DNA of 35,629 bases from the NCBI GenBank assembly GCA_964580565.1, contig CAZOLN010000008.1, positions 1,209 to 36,837 of the forward strand, given 5' to 3'. The DNA is from an uncultured Anaerolineales bacterium. Its GTDB lineage: Bacteria; Chloroflexota; Anaerolineae; B4-G1; DUEL01. The notes beneath the pieces were generated by a model. That model was not told where the DNA came from and did not search any database. It saw only the letters and a list, made by a program, of their open reading frames with translations. A program made the position numbers and the translations under genes. How positions within the stretch are numbered: the first letter of the stretch is position 1; every line of letters begins with the position of its first letter. Below, one piece after another: positions 25,682 to 35,350 of this stretch.

Positions 25682-25815
25682 ACCTGACACGTTTGAAAGG
25701 AGCCTCCCGCAGGTTCCCTACGGCGCACCCGAGCGCGCCGTAAAGGGTGACCTGGCTGGACACCTGCGCTGTCGAGCCGTGCATTAACCTGCGGGAGGCT
25801 GGCAAACTGTCAGGT
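25682..25815 (+). other. Unclassified, heavily base-paired inverted-repeat element (candidate cis-regulatory RNA or MITE-like insertion)
   Basis: ACCTGACA (25682-25689) pairs with TGTCAGGT (25808-25815), and GTTTG (25691-25695) with CAAAC (25803-25807). AGCCTCCCGCAGGTT (25701-25715) and AACCTGCGGGAGGCT (25786-25800) are exact complements. Two internal hairpins lie at 25716-25747 and 25754-25778. Confidence 0.5.
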
Positions 25816-25825
25816 AGCCAGAACC

Positions 25826-26602
25826 ATGAACTCTGACGCGTCAAACGTCGAACGCCAGATAGGGGACGTGCGGGCAGTGCGTGGCTGCCCCTCCTTCGTG
25901 TGGCGAGCCGGGCAGGAGCGCCGGTTCCAGATGGTGCTCCGCTGGACGAACCCCTCCGGCTGCCGGGTGCTGGACGTGGGGTGCGGGGTGGGGATGTACA
26001 CCGCAGCCTTCCAGCGGACAACTCCCTATGTATTCGGAGTGGAGGTGGAGCCGGAGCGGGCGCGGGCGGCAAAGGGCCGGGCCAGAGGCGTAGTACAGGC
26101 CGTGGGGGAGCACCTTCCGTTCGCCGACGGCTCCTTCGACCTGGTCTTCTCCCACGAGGTGCTGGAACACGTGGAGGACGACAGGGCCTGCGCTGCGGAG
26201 ATGGTTCGGGTGGCCCGCCCTGGCGGGCGGGTCGTGGTCTTTGTCCCCAACCGGTGGTACCCCTTCGAGACCCACGGGGTCTTCTGGCGAGGCAAGTACC
26301 GCTTCGGCAACATCCCTCTGGTCAACTACCTGCCGAACTTCCTGCGGGATCGGCTGGCTCCCCACGTGCGGGCCTACACAGGGCGATCCTTGCATCGCCT
26401 GTTTGCCGAGTTGCCGGTGCGCCGCGTGTACTACACCCGCATCTTCCCTGGCTACGACAAACTGGCGGCCCGGTTCCCCCCACTGGCCCGTTTCCTCCGC
26501 CTCCTCACGTACACACTGGAACACACCCCCTTACGCCTCTTTGGCCTCTCCCATTTCCTGGTACTGGAACGGCTGCCGTCCACTCCCCGCTCGAACGCCT
26601 GA
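25826..26602 (+). CDS. Class I SAM-dependent methyltransferase (Methyltransf_11-like)
   Basis: VLDVGCGVGMYT motif I, then LPFADGSFDLVFSHEVLEHV and ARPGGRVVVFVPN. Confidence 0.85.
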   Translation: MNSDASNVERQIGDVRAVRGCPSFVWRAGQERRFQMVLRWTNPSGCRVLDVGCGVGMYTAAFQRTTPYVFGVEVEPERARAAKGRARGVVQAVGEHLPFADGSFDLVFSHEVLEHVEDDRACAAEMVRVARPGGRVVVFVPNRWYPFETHGVFWRGKYRFGNIPLVNYLPNFLRDRLAPHVRAYTGRSLHRLFAELPVRRVYYTRIFPGYDKLAARFPPLARFLRLLTYTLEHTPLRLFGLSHFLVLERLPSTPRSNA

Positions 26603-26608
26603 CCTCCC

Positions 26609-27052
26609 TCACCTTCCCCCGTCCCGCGCAGGCAGGAGGACGATCACATCCGCAATCAGCAGACGGCGACTCTGGTCGGGATGGCCGAAGACGGCTACCA
26701 GGCCGCCCGATTGGACCTCCTCCATTCCCACCTCCTCCCCATCCACCGTGCGCACCCGGGTCCGGTCCGTGACCTCCACGACGCGTGGCCCTTCAGGGGT
26801 GGCGAGACTCAACCTCCCCTCCTCCACCCTCCGTACCCGCCCCACCAGGTCCGGTCGCCCCAAGCCAGGGAGAGCAGGAAGAGGAGGCCCCGCGCCGGGG
26901 CGGGGCTGGGGCTGGGGCCCGGCCAGGGAGATCCCACGCCAGGTCCACCCATGCTCCCCCACGTACACCCCCAGGGAGAACGCAGCCACCAGGAGCATCC
27001 CAACGATGAGTACACCACCGAGGCCGACCATCACCTTATGAGCACGTGTCAT
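26609..27052 (-). CDS. Membrane-anchored hypothetical protein (N-terminal TM, Pro-rich spacer, small beta-rich C-terminal domain)
   Basis: VMVGLGGVLIVGMLLVAAFSLGVYV TM helix. The C-terminal part (GRVRRVEEGRLSLATPEGPRVVEVTDRTRV...GGLVAVFG) resembles DUF5666-type domains, from memory. Its start overlaps the end of the DUF2723 gene by 17 nt. Confidence 0.6.
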   Translation of the reverse strand: MTRAHKVMVGLGGVLIVGMLLVAAFSLGVYVGEHGWTWRGISLAGPQPQPRPGAGPPLPALPGLGRPDLVGRVRRVEEGRLSLATPEGPRVVEVTDRTRVRTVDGEEVGMEEVQSGGLVAVFGHPDQSRRLLIADVIVLLPARDGGR

Positions 27053-29168
27053 CGCCTATCCTCTCACCCCCAGGGTAGGACTGAAACCCACCCCGACAGA
27101 GCACCTCGACGACGTGTGGATAGCCCTCCGCGGTCGCCCCGTCCCCTGCGGCCGATCCATCCGCCGGTCGGACGGTGATCTCCTGCAGCGGAACCCGAGC
27201 CGCGATCCGAGGCCCACCCGCTCCGAAGCCAGACAGCGCCACCACCTCCAGCGGCAAAGAGCCGGGCTCGGTGGTCCGAGGGATCACCACCCGGTAGTCC
27301 TCCACCAGCACCCCGTCCTGTGGAGGGTGGAAGGCCTCCACGTACCGCTCCAGGTTCCCCATCCCCGGCGGGTGAACCTCCAGCAGCGCGCCTCCCAGCG
27401 CCGTCCCGACCTGCTGCCCTCCCGGGGGACCGTCCAGCCGCCAGTACAGGGTCACGTGGAGCGTCCCCCCCGCCTCCACCGTCTCCTCCTCCAGATCATA
27501 TCCGACCAGCGTCAGATTCCCCAGCCGCTTTTCCACCCGATGCTCGGGCTGGGGAGCGGTGACGATCAACCTCGGCGGTTCCTCCGTGAGACGGTAGAGG
27601 ACAAGCGGACGGTTGCTTCCCTGCGCGACGGTGTTCCCGACCAGCACCGGCACCGCCCAGGCGTCGGGGGAGACCCAGCCCGGGGGCGGCGACCAGGGGT
27701 TGCGCCGCCCTCCCAGTTCGGCAGGCGGGACCGTGGCGTACACCTCCCGTCCGACCAGCGCCTCAGGGGAAAGCCCCGGCTCCAAGGCAGGGATCAGCAC
27801 ATCCGGGCGGACGCCGTAGACGAGTCGGTAGTAAAACAGGTCGTACCCGAAGACCCCGCCACGGCTCAGGAGGACGGCGTTCTCCGGCAACAGCGCGAAG
27901 ACGTTCTCGTAGAAATCGTTGATCGCCGTGTCGGTCGATCGATCGTTGATCGCCCAATTGGTTCGCACCTCCCGGACCAGCCCCAGGGTCAGCGCCAGCG
28001 CGGTCAGTCCAATCAACCCCCACCGCGCCACCCGCCATCGCAGCCCCGCCAGCCGGTCCAGCCCCCACCCCACCCCATAGCCGACGAAGAGCGCGTAGAC
28101 AAGATGGGCGGGGATGAAGAAGACGTCCAGATCGAACGCCCGATACTGGATGAAAAACCAGACGTGGACGAGGTACATCCCGACCAGGAGGAAGAAACGG
28201 CGGGGGCGACGGAAGAGCAGCAGCCACATCCCCCCGATCCCCAGAAGGACGCCGACGAACCCAAACTGCTGGACCAGGAAGTAGAGGTAGACAACAACGC
28301 GATCGGGTAAGGCAGTGAGGGGGAAGGCGAACTTGAACTGAGGGAAGGCCCCCAGCGTGTAACTGTAGATGCCGCGCAAGGTGGTGGGCGCGTGGGCCCG
28401 CATCGGCGCGTCCAGCAGCGTGTGGGCACGGAGGGGAAGCCACAGGAACTGCAGCAGCCCCAGAAGGAACCCCGCTACCGCCACGCCCCCGCCCAGGGGA
28501 CTGATCGCCGTCCAGGGGCTGACCAGCAGCGCGAACAGCGCAAAGGCCGGGGCGAACCCCAGGTTGGACATGTGGGTGCCCAGAGAGAGGCCAAAGCAGA
28601 GACCGAAGGCCAGCAGGAGCAGGATCGAACGCCAGGAAGGAAGAAGCCGTTGCCACCACCCTTCTCCCGACGGCCGATCCCGCCGGTCCCGCTCCTCCAC
28701 CCGGGCCCACCACAGAAGCAGGACCAGGCTCAAGGTGAGCATAAAGACGTTGGGGGCATAGACCTCGGCGATGGTCGTCTGCGACCAGAAGGTGCGGGAA
28801 AAGCCGAAAAGGAGAGCGCCGAAGGCGGAGGCGGCCCGCGAGATAGCCCGGCGTCGCAGGTCAGAGGTCAGAAAGCGAAGGATGACGTAGAGAAGGGCCA
28901 CCCCCGCCGCCCCCAGGGTCGCGCTCATCAGGTTGACCCGGTGAGCCACGTCGCCGACGGGCAGGAGGGTGAACAGTTTGCCCATCCAGGTGTAGAGGGG
29001 GTAGCCGGTGGAGTGGGCCAGCCCCAGCGTGTAACATACCGTCGCCAGTTCGTTGCCGTCCGGACTGACGTAGGAGAGGCTGGGGGTCAGCGTGGCGTTG
29101 TAGACCCCCAGGCAGAGAACGAAGATCGCTATCGCCACCAAGAAGTCGACCCAGTTGCGTCGGAACAT
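27036..29168 (-). CDS. DUF2723 / GT39(PMT)-like polytopic membrane glycosyltransferase-family protein (start trimmed to MFRRNWVDF...)
   Basis: VSPDGNELATVCYTLGLAHSTGYPLYTWMGKLF is the DUF2723 signature. There are many TM helices and a C-terminal soluble LVGYDL...VTLYWR domain. AGGAGG lies 6 nt upstream of the ATG at 29168. Confidence 0.85.
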   Translation of the reverse strand: MFRRNWVDFLVAIAIFVLCLGVYNATLTPSLSYVSPDGNELATVCYTLGLAHSTGYPLYTWMGKLFTLLPVGDVAHRVNLMSATLGAAGVALLYVILRFLTSDLRRRAISRAASAFGALLFGFSRTFWSQTTIAEVYAPNVFMLTLSLVLLLWWARVEERDRRDRPSGEGWWQRLLPSWRSILLLLAFGLCFGLSLGTHMSNLGFAPAFALFALLVSPWTAISPLGGGVAVAGFLLGLLQFLWLPLRAHTLLDAPMRAHAPTTLRGIYSYTLGAFPQFKFAFPLTALPDRVVVYLYFLVQQFGFVGVLLGIGGMWLLLFRRPRRFFLLVGMYLVHVWFFIQYRAFDLDVFFIPAHLVYALFVGYGVGWGLDRLAGLRWRVARWGLIGLTALALTLGLVREVRTNWAINDRSTDTAINDFYENVFALLPENAVLLSRGGVFGYDLFYYRLVYGVRPDVLIPALEPGLSPEALVGREVYATVPPAELGGRRNPWSPPPGWVSPDAWAVPVLVGNTVAQGSNRPLVLYRLTEEPPRLIVTAPQPEHRVEKRLGNLTLVGYDLEEETVEAGGTLHVTLYWRLDGPPGGQQVGTALGGALLEVHPPGMGNLERYVEAFHPPQDGVLVEDYRVVIPRTTEPGSLPLEVVALSGFGAGGPRIAARVPLQEITVRPADGSAAGDGATAEGYPHVVEVLCRGGFQSYPGGERIGDDTCS

Positions 29169-29250
29169 CGAACGCCTCCTGGGCCACCATACCCCGGCCA
29201 CGTTAACGCGGGGCTGGCGGAGTGTTAAAAGAATGTTTAAGCACCAGGGG

Positions 29251-30354
29251 TCACACCTCCCCCTCCATCACATACCGCATCACCTCGTACACACTGAGGC
29301 GTTCGATCCCCAGTTTATCCAGCGTCCGCCCCCGGCGCCAGTAGTCGGTCTGATGGATGATGCAGGCCATCCGGATGATGCTCTCCATCCCCCGCACCCG
29401 GACCCCATACCGCTGCCCCAGGGCGGCGATGGGGACCATGCTCATCGGCACATCTTCGGTGATGTACCGATGGTTCAGCGTGCGCGGGGCTTTGATGCCG
29501 TAGTACCCAGGCTGGTTGTGGATCGCTTCGTGCAGGTCGACGCCGGTGGCGTCGTAGGCGATACGCAGCCACTCCAGCGCGGTTCGGGCACGGATCCCCA
29601 ACGCCGAGGCGACCGTCACCCGCTCCCGGTCCAGCGCCTCCAAGACGCGAGCCACCGAGGAGGTCACCCCGTCGATGTAGAATTGAAAATCCCCGCCGGT
29701 GGACTCGATCCGGCCGGCGTTGAGGATCGTGAGGGCGGGGTGGAAGATGGCCCCCATATTGTTCAAACCGGTGTGGAGGACGCTGACCCCATCGATGAAC
29801 TGGGGGTAGGCGGAGTGGAGGGCGGACAGGACCTCGCGGGTGCGGGTGGCAGGAAGGGCAGCGATACCGACCGCCTCCTTGATCCGGAAGATGCGCGCCT
29901 CGGCCGGCCCCTCGGAGCGACTGGCGTAGATCAGCGTCTCCGTCTCGGCCACGACGACGTCGGCCTCGCAGCCCTCTTGCTTCAACACCTCCCGGAACTC
30001 CATCGCCCCCCCGGTGCGGCCGGGGTTCAACACCACGATCTGCCCGTCCTTCAAATGGGGGGCCGCCTTGCGAGCGATGTCGGCGTGGGCGGTGGAGGGC
30101 ACGACGACCATGACGACCTCGGCCCGCTCCAGGGCCTCACCCATATCCGACGTGACCAGCTCCAGACGGCCAAAGCCGTGGGGACCCCCCTCATAACTGG
30201 TCAGTTCGATGCCTCCCCGGGTCTTGATCGCCGCGACGTTCTCCGGCGTCCGGTTGTACAGCGTGACCGGGAAACCCATCAACGCCAGGTGGGCAGCCAT
30301 CGCCTTGCCCCCGTGTCCTGCGCCGATGACGGTATAACGGGTCCTCTCTGCCAT
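29251..30354 (-). CDS. NAD/NADP octopine/nopaline (opine) dehydrogenase family protein (start trimmed to MAERTRYTVIGAG...)
   Basis: Rossmann motif YTVIGAGHGGKAMAAHLALMGF, length about 367 aa, and C-terminal ITEDVPMSMVPIAALGQRYGV typical of the family. AAGGAGGAGGTGA SD present. Confidence 0.8.
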   Translation of the reverse strand: MAERTRYTVIGAGHGGKAMAAHLALMGFPVTLYNRTPENVAAIKTRGGIELTSYEGGPHGFGRLELVTSDMGEALERAEVVMVVVPSTAHADIARKAAPHLKDGQIVVLNPGRTGGAMEFREVLKQEGCEADVVVAETETLIYASRSEGPAEARIFRIKEAVGIAALPATRTREVLSALHSAYPQFIDGVSVLHTGLNNMGAIFHPALTILNAGRIESTGGDFQFYIDGVTSSVARVLEALDRERVTVASALGIRARTALEWLRIAYDATGVDLHEAIHNQPGYYGIKAPRTLNHRYITEDVPMSMVPIAALGQRYGVRVRGMESIIRMACIIHQTDYWRRGRTLDKLGIERLSVYEVMRYVMEGEV

Positions 30355-30445
30355 TACCTCACCTCCTCCTTGAAAAAGGTGCATACCACCCATCCCCGCC
30401 CCAGGCAGGGCGTGTTTCTCCGCCGTGTTGAGTTGAACCCGTGGA

Positions 30446-32698
30446 CTACAGCCCGTCGCCGGTAGGTTGGGCCTCCGTGGGCCGCTTCCACCTGCACGGT
30501 CCACGATGGGCCCTGTAGGGGAGCACTACGTGGAATGTGCTACCTGGGCACCTCTCCTCGTCGTACCCTTCGCTCTCGACCCAGATGCACCCCCCGTGGC
30601 CTTCGATCACCCCTCGGGCGATGGGCAACCCCAGGCCCGGTCCGCCCCCCTTGAACTTGAACTCGCCAGAGGAATGGAGGCTGGCGCTGCCGACGCGGTA
30701 GAACTTCTCAAAGATCAACTCCTGATCGGCCTTGCTGATCCCGATCCCGGTGTCGGCGACCATGACCTCGAAGTGGTCCTCGTCCAGAGGGTGAGCCTCG
30801 ATGGTGATCCGTCCCCCATCCGGGGTGAACTTGATCGCATTGGAGATAAGGTTGCTGAACGCCTGGGTCAGCCGCTCCATATCGGCCTGGATGGGAGGGA
30901 TCTCCTCCAACCCCTGGGTCGTGAGGACGAGGTTTCGCTCCTCCAACGCAGGGAGCCAGGGTTCAAGAGCCAGGCGGATGATCAGGGCGATGGTGGTCGG
31001 CGTGAAGTGGAGGGCAAGTCCCTCCGTGTCGATCTGGGTGGCGTCCATCATCGCGCTGATGATGTTCTCCAGCCGCCGGGTTGGGCGGGAGATGTTCTCC
31101 GCGATCCGACGGATCTGCTCCTGGGTCAACACCCCGCTCTCCGCCAGGTCGGCCAGGACGTCCACATACCCCCGGACCTGGGCCAGCGGGGTGCGCAACT
31201 CGTGGGAAGCGATCGCCAGGAAGTCGGCCTTCGCCTTGTCCAACCGGGCCAACCGCTCGTAGGCGGCGCGCAGGTTCTCGTGAAGCTGGGTGATACGCCG
31301 GTTCAGCGCCTGGAGCCCCTCCACCAGACGGGCGTTCTGGAGGGCGACAGCCGTCTGGTGGGCCAGCGTGCTGAGGAATTGGATCTCGCGGGGGCTGTAC
31401 GGCTCCCCTCCCCGCTGGGCACCGAGGGCCAGCAGGCCGACCAGCCCCTCCTGAGAGCGGATCGGGAGGTACACCTCCATCTCCAGATTGCGCAGCCACT
31501 CCCGCTCCCGGGCGGGGGCCTCGCGGAGGACCGGGTGGTGTTCGACCTCGTACTGGAAGAGAGGTTGGTCCTCATCCCGGATACGGGCCAGGATAGGGCT
31601 GATCGGCTCCAGTTCCACAGGCTCCTCCGGCATCTCCCCCTTGCCAGGCACCGGCTGCAACTGGAGCCCGCCCCGCTCCGTCTCCGTCGCGACCAGCAGC
31701 GCCCCACGCTGCACGCCCAACACCTCGGACACGGTCTCTACCGCCACCGAGGCCAGTTGCTCCAGGTTGAGGATCGCCCCGATCGTCTGGCTGTACTCCT
31801 GGAGCGCTTGAGCGGGGTCGAACCCCACCCCCTCCAACAGCCGGTCGGCCAGGCGAGTGAGGATGCGATAGAGGGGCAGGTAGACCAACGCCGCCGCGCC
31901 AGCGAGGATGAGGAGCGGCACCAACGGGGGGAGGAGCGGGGGAAACCGGTCCTTCAGCGCCTCGGCCCCCAGCACGATCCCGACGAGCATCGCCGCGGTG
32001 ACAGCAGCCAGGAAGAGGAAGCGGAGGACCGACCGGAGGAAGGCCACCACGTTGGGTAGCCACAGACTGAGCACACCCCGGAACAGGGCGACAGCCCCCA
32101 GCAGATGGAGAAGGGGTCCCCCTCCCCGCCACACGCCGATGGGGACCAACGTGAGCGCCTGCCCCCCGGTCAGCGGGATGGCGGTCAGCAGCCAGTACAG
32201 CGCCCGGTTGCGGTGGAGGGCTAGACGGCTGCGCGCCAGCCCACGGACCGCCAAGCCGACCTGGACCAGCCCCAGCACGCCCCACCCCCCTACCGCAGCC
32301 TCCCGAAGGGGAACGTCGGGGGTGGGTCGAACGGACAGGTAAATCGCCGTGCCCAAGAGGATGACGCACCACGTCCCGCCCGCGGCGGCCACCGCCGGCA
32401 GGGCCGGCACGTCCAAGAAGGAGCAAGCCAGGAGCGTCTCGATCAGCATGAGGCTGGTGACCAGGGCGGGGAGGAACAACTCCGCCGTGTCGGTGACGAC
32501 CGGCAGAAAGATCGTCTCCAGATCGGCGAACGCCACAGCGGCGATCCACGCCAGGGAGAGGCCCAGGTAGATCCGGGCCAGTTTAGCGGAAGTCTCCCCG
32601 TCCTTCCGGAAGACCAGCAGGAGGAGCAGGATCAGGTGCGTCAGCCCGCTCCACACCCCGAGTCCGGCGACGTAGGGCCAGAATGTACCCTCCATCAT
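30446..32698 (-). CDS. Sensor histidine kinase: multi-pass membrane N-terminus, GAF-like domain, HisKA, HATPase_c; no cognate response regulator in the window
   Basis: About 280 aa of consecutive hydrophobic helices, then a GAF-like region (VSEVLGVQRGALLV...VYLPIRSQEGLVGLLALG). The kinase core has H-box FLAIASHELRTPL, N-box LISNAIKFT, G1 DTGIGI and G2 GGPGLGLPIARG. Confidence 0.9.
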   Translation of the reverse strand: MMEGTFWPYVAGLGVWSGLTHLILLLLLVFRKDGETSAKLARIYLGLSLAWIAAVAFADLETIFLPVVTDTAELFLPALVTSLMLIETLLACSFLDVPALPAVAAAGGTWCVILLGTAIYLSVRPTPDVPLREAAVGGWGVLGLVQVGLAVRGLARSRLALHRNRALYWLLTAIPLTGGQALTLVPIGVWRGGGPLLHLLGAVALFRGVLSLWLPNVVAFLRSVLRFLFLAAVTAAMLVGIVLGAEALKDRFPPLLPPLVPLLILAGAAALVYLPLYRILTRLADRLLEGVGFDPAQALQEYSQTIGAILNLEQLASVAVETVSEVLGVQRGALLVATETERGGLQLQPVPGKGEMPEEPVELEPISPILARIRDEDQPLFQYEVEHHPVLREAPAREREWLRNLEMEVYLPIRSQEGLVGLLALGAQRGGEPYSPREIQFLSTLAHQTAVALQNARLVEGLQALNRRITQLHENLRAAYERLARLDKAKADFLAIASHELRTPLAQVRGYVDVLADLAESGVLTQEQIRRIAENISRPTRRLENIISAMMDATQIDTEGLALHFTPTTIALIIRLALEPWLPALEERNLVLTTQGLEEIPPIQADMERLTQAFSNLISNAIKFTPDGGRITIEAHPLDEDHFEVMVADTGIGISKADQELIFEKFYRVGSASLHSSGEFKFKGGGPGLGLPIARGVIEGHGGCIWVESEGYDEERCPGSTFHVVLPYRAHRGPCRWKRPTEAQPTGDGL

Positions 32699-32716
32699 CC
32701 CCGCCCGGCAGTCCGA

Positions 32717-33568
32717 TCACTCATAGACGTAGAACCCCCGCCCGGTCTTGCGGCCCAGGTGGCCCGCAGCGACCATCCGTCGTAGCAGAGGACAGGGTCG
32801 ATACTTATCGTCCCCCAACCCCTCGTGAAGCACTTCCATGATATTGAGCACCACGTCCAACCCGATCAGGTCGGCCAACTCCAGGGGACCCATCGGGTGG
32901 TTCATCCCCAGTTTCATCACCGTGTCGATGGCCTCGGCCGTGCCAACGCCTTCCATCAAGGCGTAGATCGCTTCGTTGATCATCGGGCAGAGGATACGGT
33001 TGGAGATGAAGCCGGGGTAATCCTGCGCCTCCACCGGCGTCTTGCCCAGCCGCTCCGCCAACTCCACGACGGCGGCCGTGGTCTCGTCGGAGGTGACCAG
33101 CCCCCGGATGACCTCCACCAGTTTCATCAGGGGCACCGGATTCATAAAGTGCATCCCGATGACCCGCTCCGGCCGCTGGGTCGCCGCCCCCAGTTCGGTG
33201 ATGGAGATCGAGGAGGTGTTGCTGGCGAGGATCACCTCGGGGCGGGTCAGTTCGTCCAGCCGGGCGAAGACCTGCTTTTTGACGTCGGCCCGCTCCACCA
33301 CCGCTTCGACGACAAAGTCGGCCTCGGCAGCGGCCTCCAGTTCGGTGGCGGTGGTGATGTTGGAAAGCGCCGCCTCCCGCTGCTCGTCGGTCAGTCGGCC
33401 TTTGGCGTGGAGCTTCTCCACCGATTTCCGGATCGCGCCCAGCGCTCGTTCCAACTGTTCCGGCACAATGTCGATCAAAGTGACCCGGTAGCCGTTGGCC
33501 GCACACACCTGCGCGATCCCGTGGCCCATCGTACCCGCGCCAACGACGGCGATACGTTCAATGTCCAT
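32717..33568 (-). CDS. hbd: 3-hydroxybutyryl-CoA / 3-hydroxyacyl-CoA dehydrogenase
   Basis: [51 protein letters not shown] and [11 protein letters not shown]. Confidence 0.93.
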   Translation of the reverse strand: MDIERIAVVGAGTMGHGIAQVCAANGYRVTLIDIVPEQLERALGAIRKSVEKLHAKGRLTDEQREAALSNITTATELEAAAEADFVVEAVVERADVKKQVFARLDELTRPEVILASNTSSISITELGAATQRPERVIGMHFMNPVPLMKLVEVIRGLVTSDETTAAVVELAERLGKTPVEAQDYPGFISNRILCPMINEAIYALMEGVGTAEAIDTVMKLGMNHPMGPLELADLIGLDVVLNIMEVLHEGLGDDKYRPCPLLRRMVAAGHLGRKTGRGFYVYE

Positions 33569-33569
33569 T

Positions 33570-34766
33570 TTACTCCTCCAACTCGATCGTCATCGCCACC
33601 GCTTCCCCACCACCCAGACAGAGGGTAGCCAGGCCCCGCTTGAGGCCCCGTTGGCGAAGGGCGTAGATCAGTGTGACCAGGACCCGCGCGCCGGAGCAGC
33701 CGATGGGGTGGCCCAGGGCGATCGCCCCGCCGTTGACGTTCACCCGATCCCACGGCAGGTTCAGATCTCGACCGTCGGCCAGCGTCTGGGCGGCGAACGC
33801 CTCATTGACCTCGTACAGGTCGTAATCGTCCACCGTGGTGCCGGTCTTCTCCCACAGTTTACGCACGGCGAAGATGGGAGCGGTGAAGATCTTCAGGGGC
33901 TCCACCGCTGCCTGGTCGTAGGCCAGGATACGGGCCAGCGGCTTAATGCCCAGTTCCTCCGCCTTGGCCCGGCTCATCACGACCACAGCGGCCGCCCCGT
34001 CGGTGATGCCGGGGGAGTTGCCGGCGGTGACGATGCCGTCCGGCTGGAAGGCCGGCTTGAGCCGAGCCAGCTTCTCCAGGCTGGTATCCCGTCGGGGCAC
34101 CTCGTCGGTGTCGAACAGGATCGGCGGCCCTTTCCGCTGCGGCACCTCGACCGGCACGATCTCGTCCTTGAAGCGGCCCTCATCGATGGCAGCGATGGCC
34201 TTCATATGGCTGTTGTAGGCGTATTCGTCCAACTCCTCCCGCGTCAATCCGTACTCGCGGGCGATCCACTCGGCGGCGTTGCCCATATGCCAGTTCTGGA
34301 AGGCACACCACAGCCCGTCGTAGACCATCGCGTCCACCAGTTTGCCGTCCCCCAGGCGATAGCCGAAGCGGGCTTTATGAAGCACGTAGGGCCCGTTGTT
34401 CATGCTCTCCATCCCACCGGCGACGAAGATCTCCCCGTCGCCAGCGGTGATCATCGCCGCGGCCAGCATCACCGTCTTGAGGCCGGAGCCGCAGATCTTG
34501 TTGACGGTGGTCGCGCCGACGGTGGGGGGAAGCCCCGCCTTGATCGCCGCCTGGCGGGCGGGGGCCTGCCCCTGTCCGGCCTGGACCACGTTCCCCATCA
34601 GCACCTCATCGACGGACGCGGGATCGATCCCGGCCCGCTCCACGGCGGCGCGGATGGCCACCGCCCCCAGGTCGGAAGCGGAGAGGGGAACCAACGTACC
34701 GTTGAACTTGCCGACCGGCGTGCGCACAGCCGAAACGATGACCGGTTCGCGAGGATTCATCGACAT
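33570..34766 (-). CDS. Acetyl-CoA acetyltransferase (thiolase II) (start trimmed to [11 protein letters not shown]...)
   Basis: [15 protein letters not shown], the active-site region [10 protein letters not shown], then [26 protein letters not shown] and [17 protein letters not shown] lies upstream of the ATG at 34766. Confidence 0.93.
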   Translation of the reverse strand: MSMNPREPVIVSAVRTPVGKFNGTLVPLSASDLGAVAIRAAVERAGIDPASVDEVLMGNVVQAGQGQAPARQAAIKAGLPPTVGATTVNKICGSGLKTVMLAAAMITAGDGEIFVAGGMESMNNGPYVLHKARFGYRLGDGKLVDAMVYDGLWCAFQNWHMGNAAEWIAREYGLTREELDEYAYNSHMKAIAAIDEGRFKDEIVPVEVPQRKGPPILFDTDEVPRRDTSLEKLARLKPAFQPDGIVTAGNSPGITDGAAAVVVMSRAKAEELGIKPLARILAYDQAAVEPLKIFTAPIFAVRKLWEKTGTTVDDYDLYEVNEAFAAQTLADGRDLNLPWDRVNVNGGAIALGHPIGCSGARVLVTLIYALRQRGLKRGLATLCLGGGEAVAMTIELEE

Positions 34767-34774
34767 CGGTGTCC

Positions 34775-34827
34775 CTCCATCCCTGTCTTGTGTCTTTGTC
34801 TCGCCTCTTGTGTCCTGCTTCCTGCCT
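34775..34827 (-). repeat. Purine-rich degenerate half copy related to the CACAGAGG family (CACAAGAGG variant)
   Basis: The minus strand after the HIT stop reads AGGCAGGAAGCAGGACACAAGAGGCGAGACAAAGACACAAGACAGGG. No complementary arm was seen. Confidence 0.4.
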
Positions 34828-35343
34828 CTACCCGCCACTCCTCCCCTGTCCCTCGCTCGCCAGCCGTTCGAACAGGGGCCGAAGCCGCTCGTAGGTCTGG
34901 TCCAGCCACTCCGGAATGACCCGGGTCTGGGAGACGGTGGTCATATAATTGGTATCCCCGCCCCAACGAGGAACGACGTGGAGGTGGATGTGCTCCGCCA
35001 CCCCCGCGCCAGCGACACTCCCAATGTTCATCCCCACGTTGAACCCCTGGGGGGTGTACGCCTCCCGCAGCACCCGCAGGCTGAGCTGCGTCAACGCCAT
35101 CAGTTCGGCCAACGCCTCTGGGTCCAGATCCTCCAGGGAGGCAACGTGGGCATAAGGGACCACCATCAGGTGGCCGTTGTTGTATGGGAAACGGTTCAAG
35201 ATCACGTAGCAACGGCTTCCCCGGTGGAGGATGTGGGCCTCAGCATCCTGCGACCGCGGCTTGACGCAGAACAGACACCCCTCGGGCAAGGGTTCGTCTC
35301 CACGGAGGTAAGCCATCCGCCATGGTGTCCACAGAATGCTCAT
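34828..35343 (-). CDS. HIT (histidine triad) family nucleotide hydrolase/transferase (start trimmed to MSILWTPWRMAYL...)
   Basis: Histidine triad AEHIHLHVVPRW, and an N-terminal WTPWRM..CLFC region typical of the Ap4A-phosphorylase/GalT-like HIT branch. Confidence 0.85.
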   Translation of the reverse strand: MSILWTPWRMAYLRGDEPLPEGCLFCVKPRSQDAEAHILHRGSRCYVILNRFPYNNGHLMVVPYAHVASLEDLDPEALAELMALTQLSLRVLREAYTPQGFNVGMNIGSVAGAGVAEHIHLHVVPRWGGDTNYMTTVSQTRVIPEWLDQTYERLRPLFERLASEGQGRSGG

Positions 35344-35350
35344 CGTTTTG

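Noticed and set aside
25671-25787. A 39-codon ORF (GTG NQPPDTFERSLPQVPYGAPERAVKGDLAGHLRCRAVH) running through the structured intergenic element.
   Set aside because: It has no SD and no recognisable fold or family. It lies entirely within strongly base-paired sequence. It is best explained as a by-product of the duplicated start-codon context and not as a gene.
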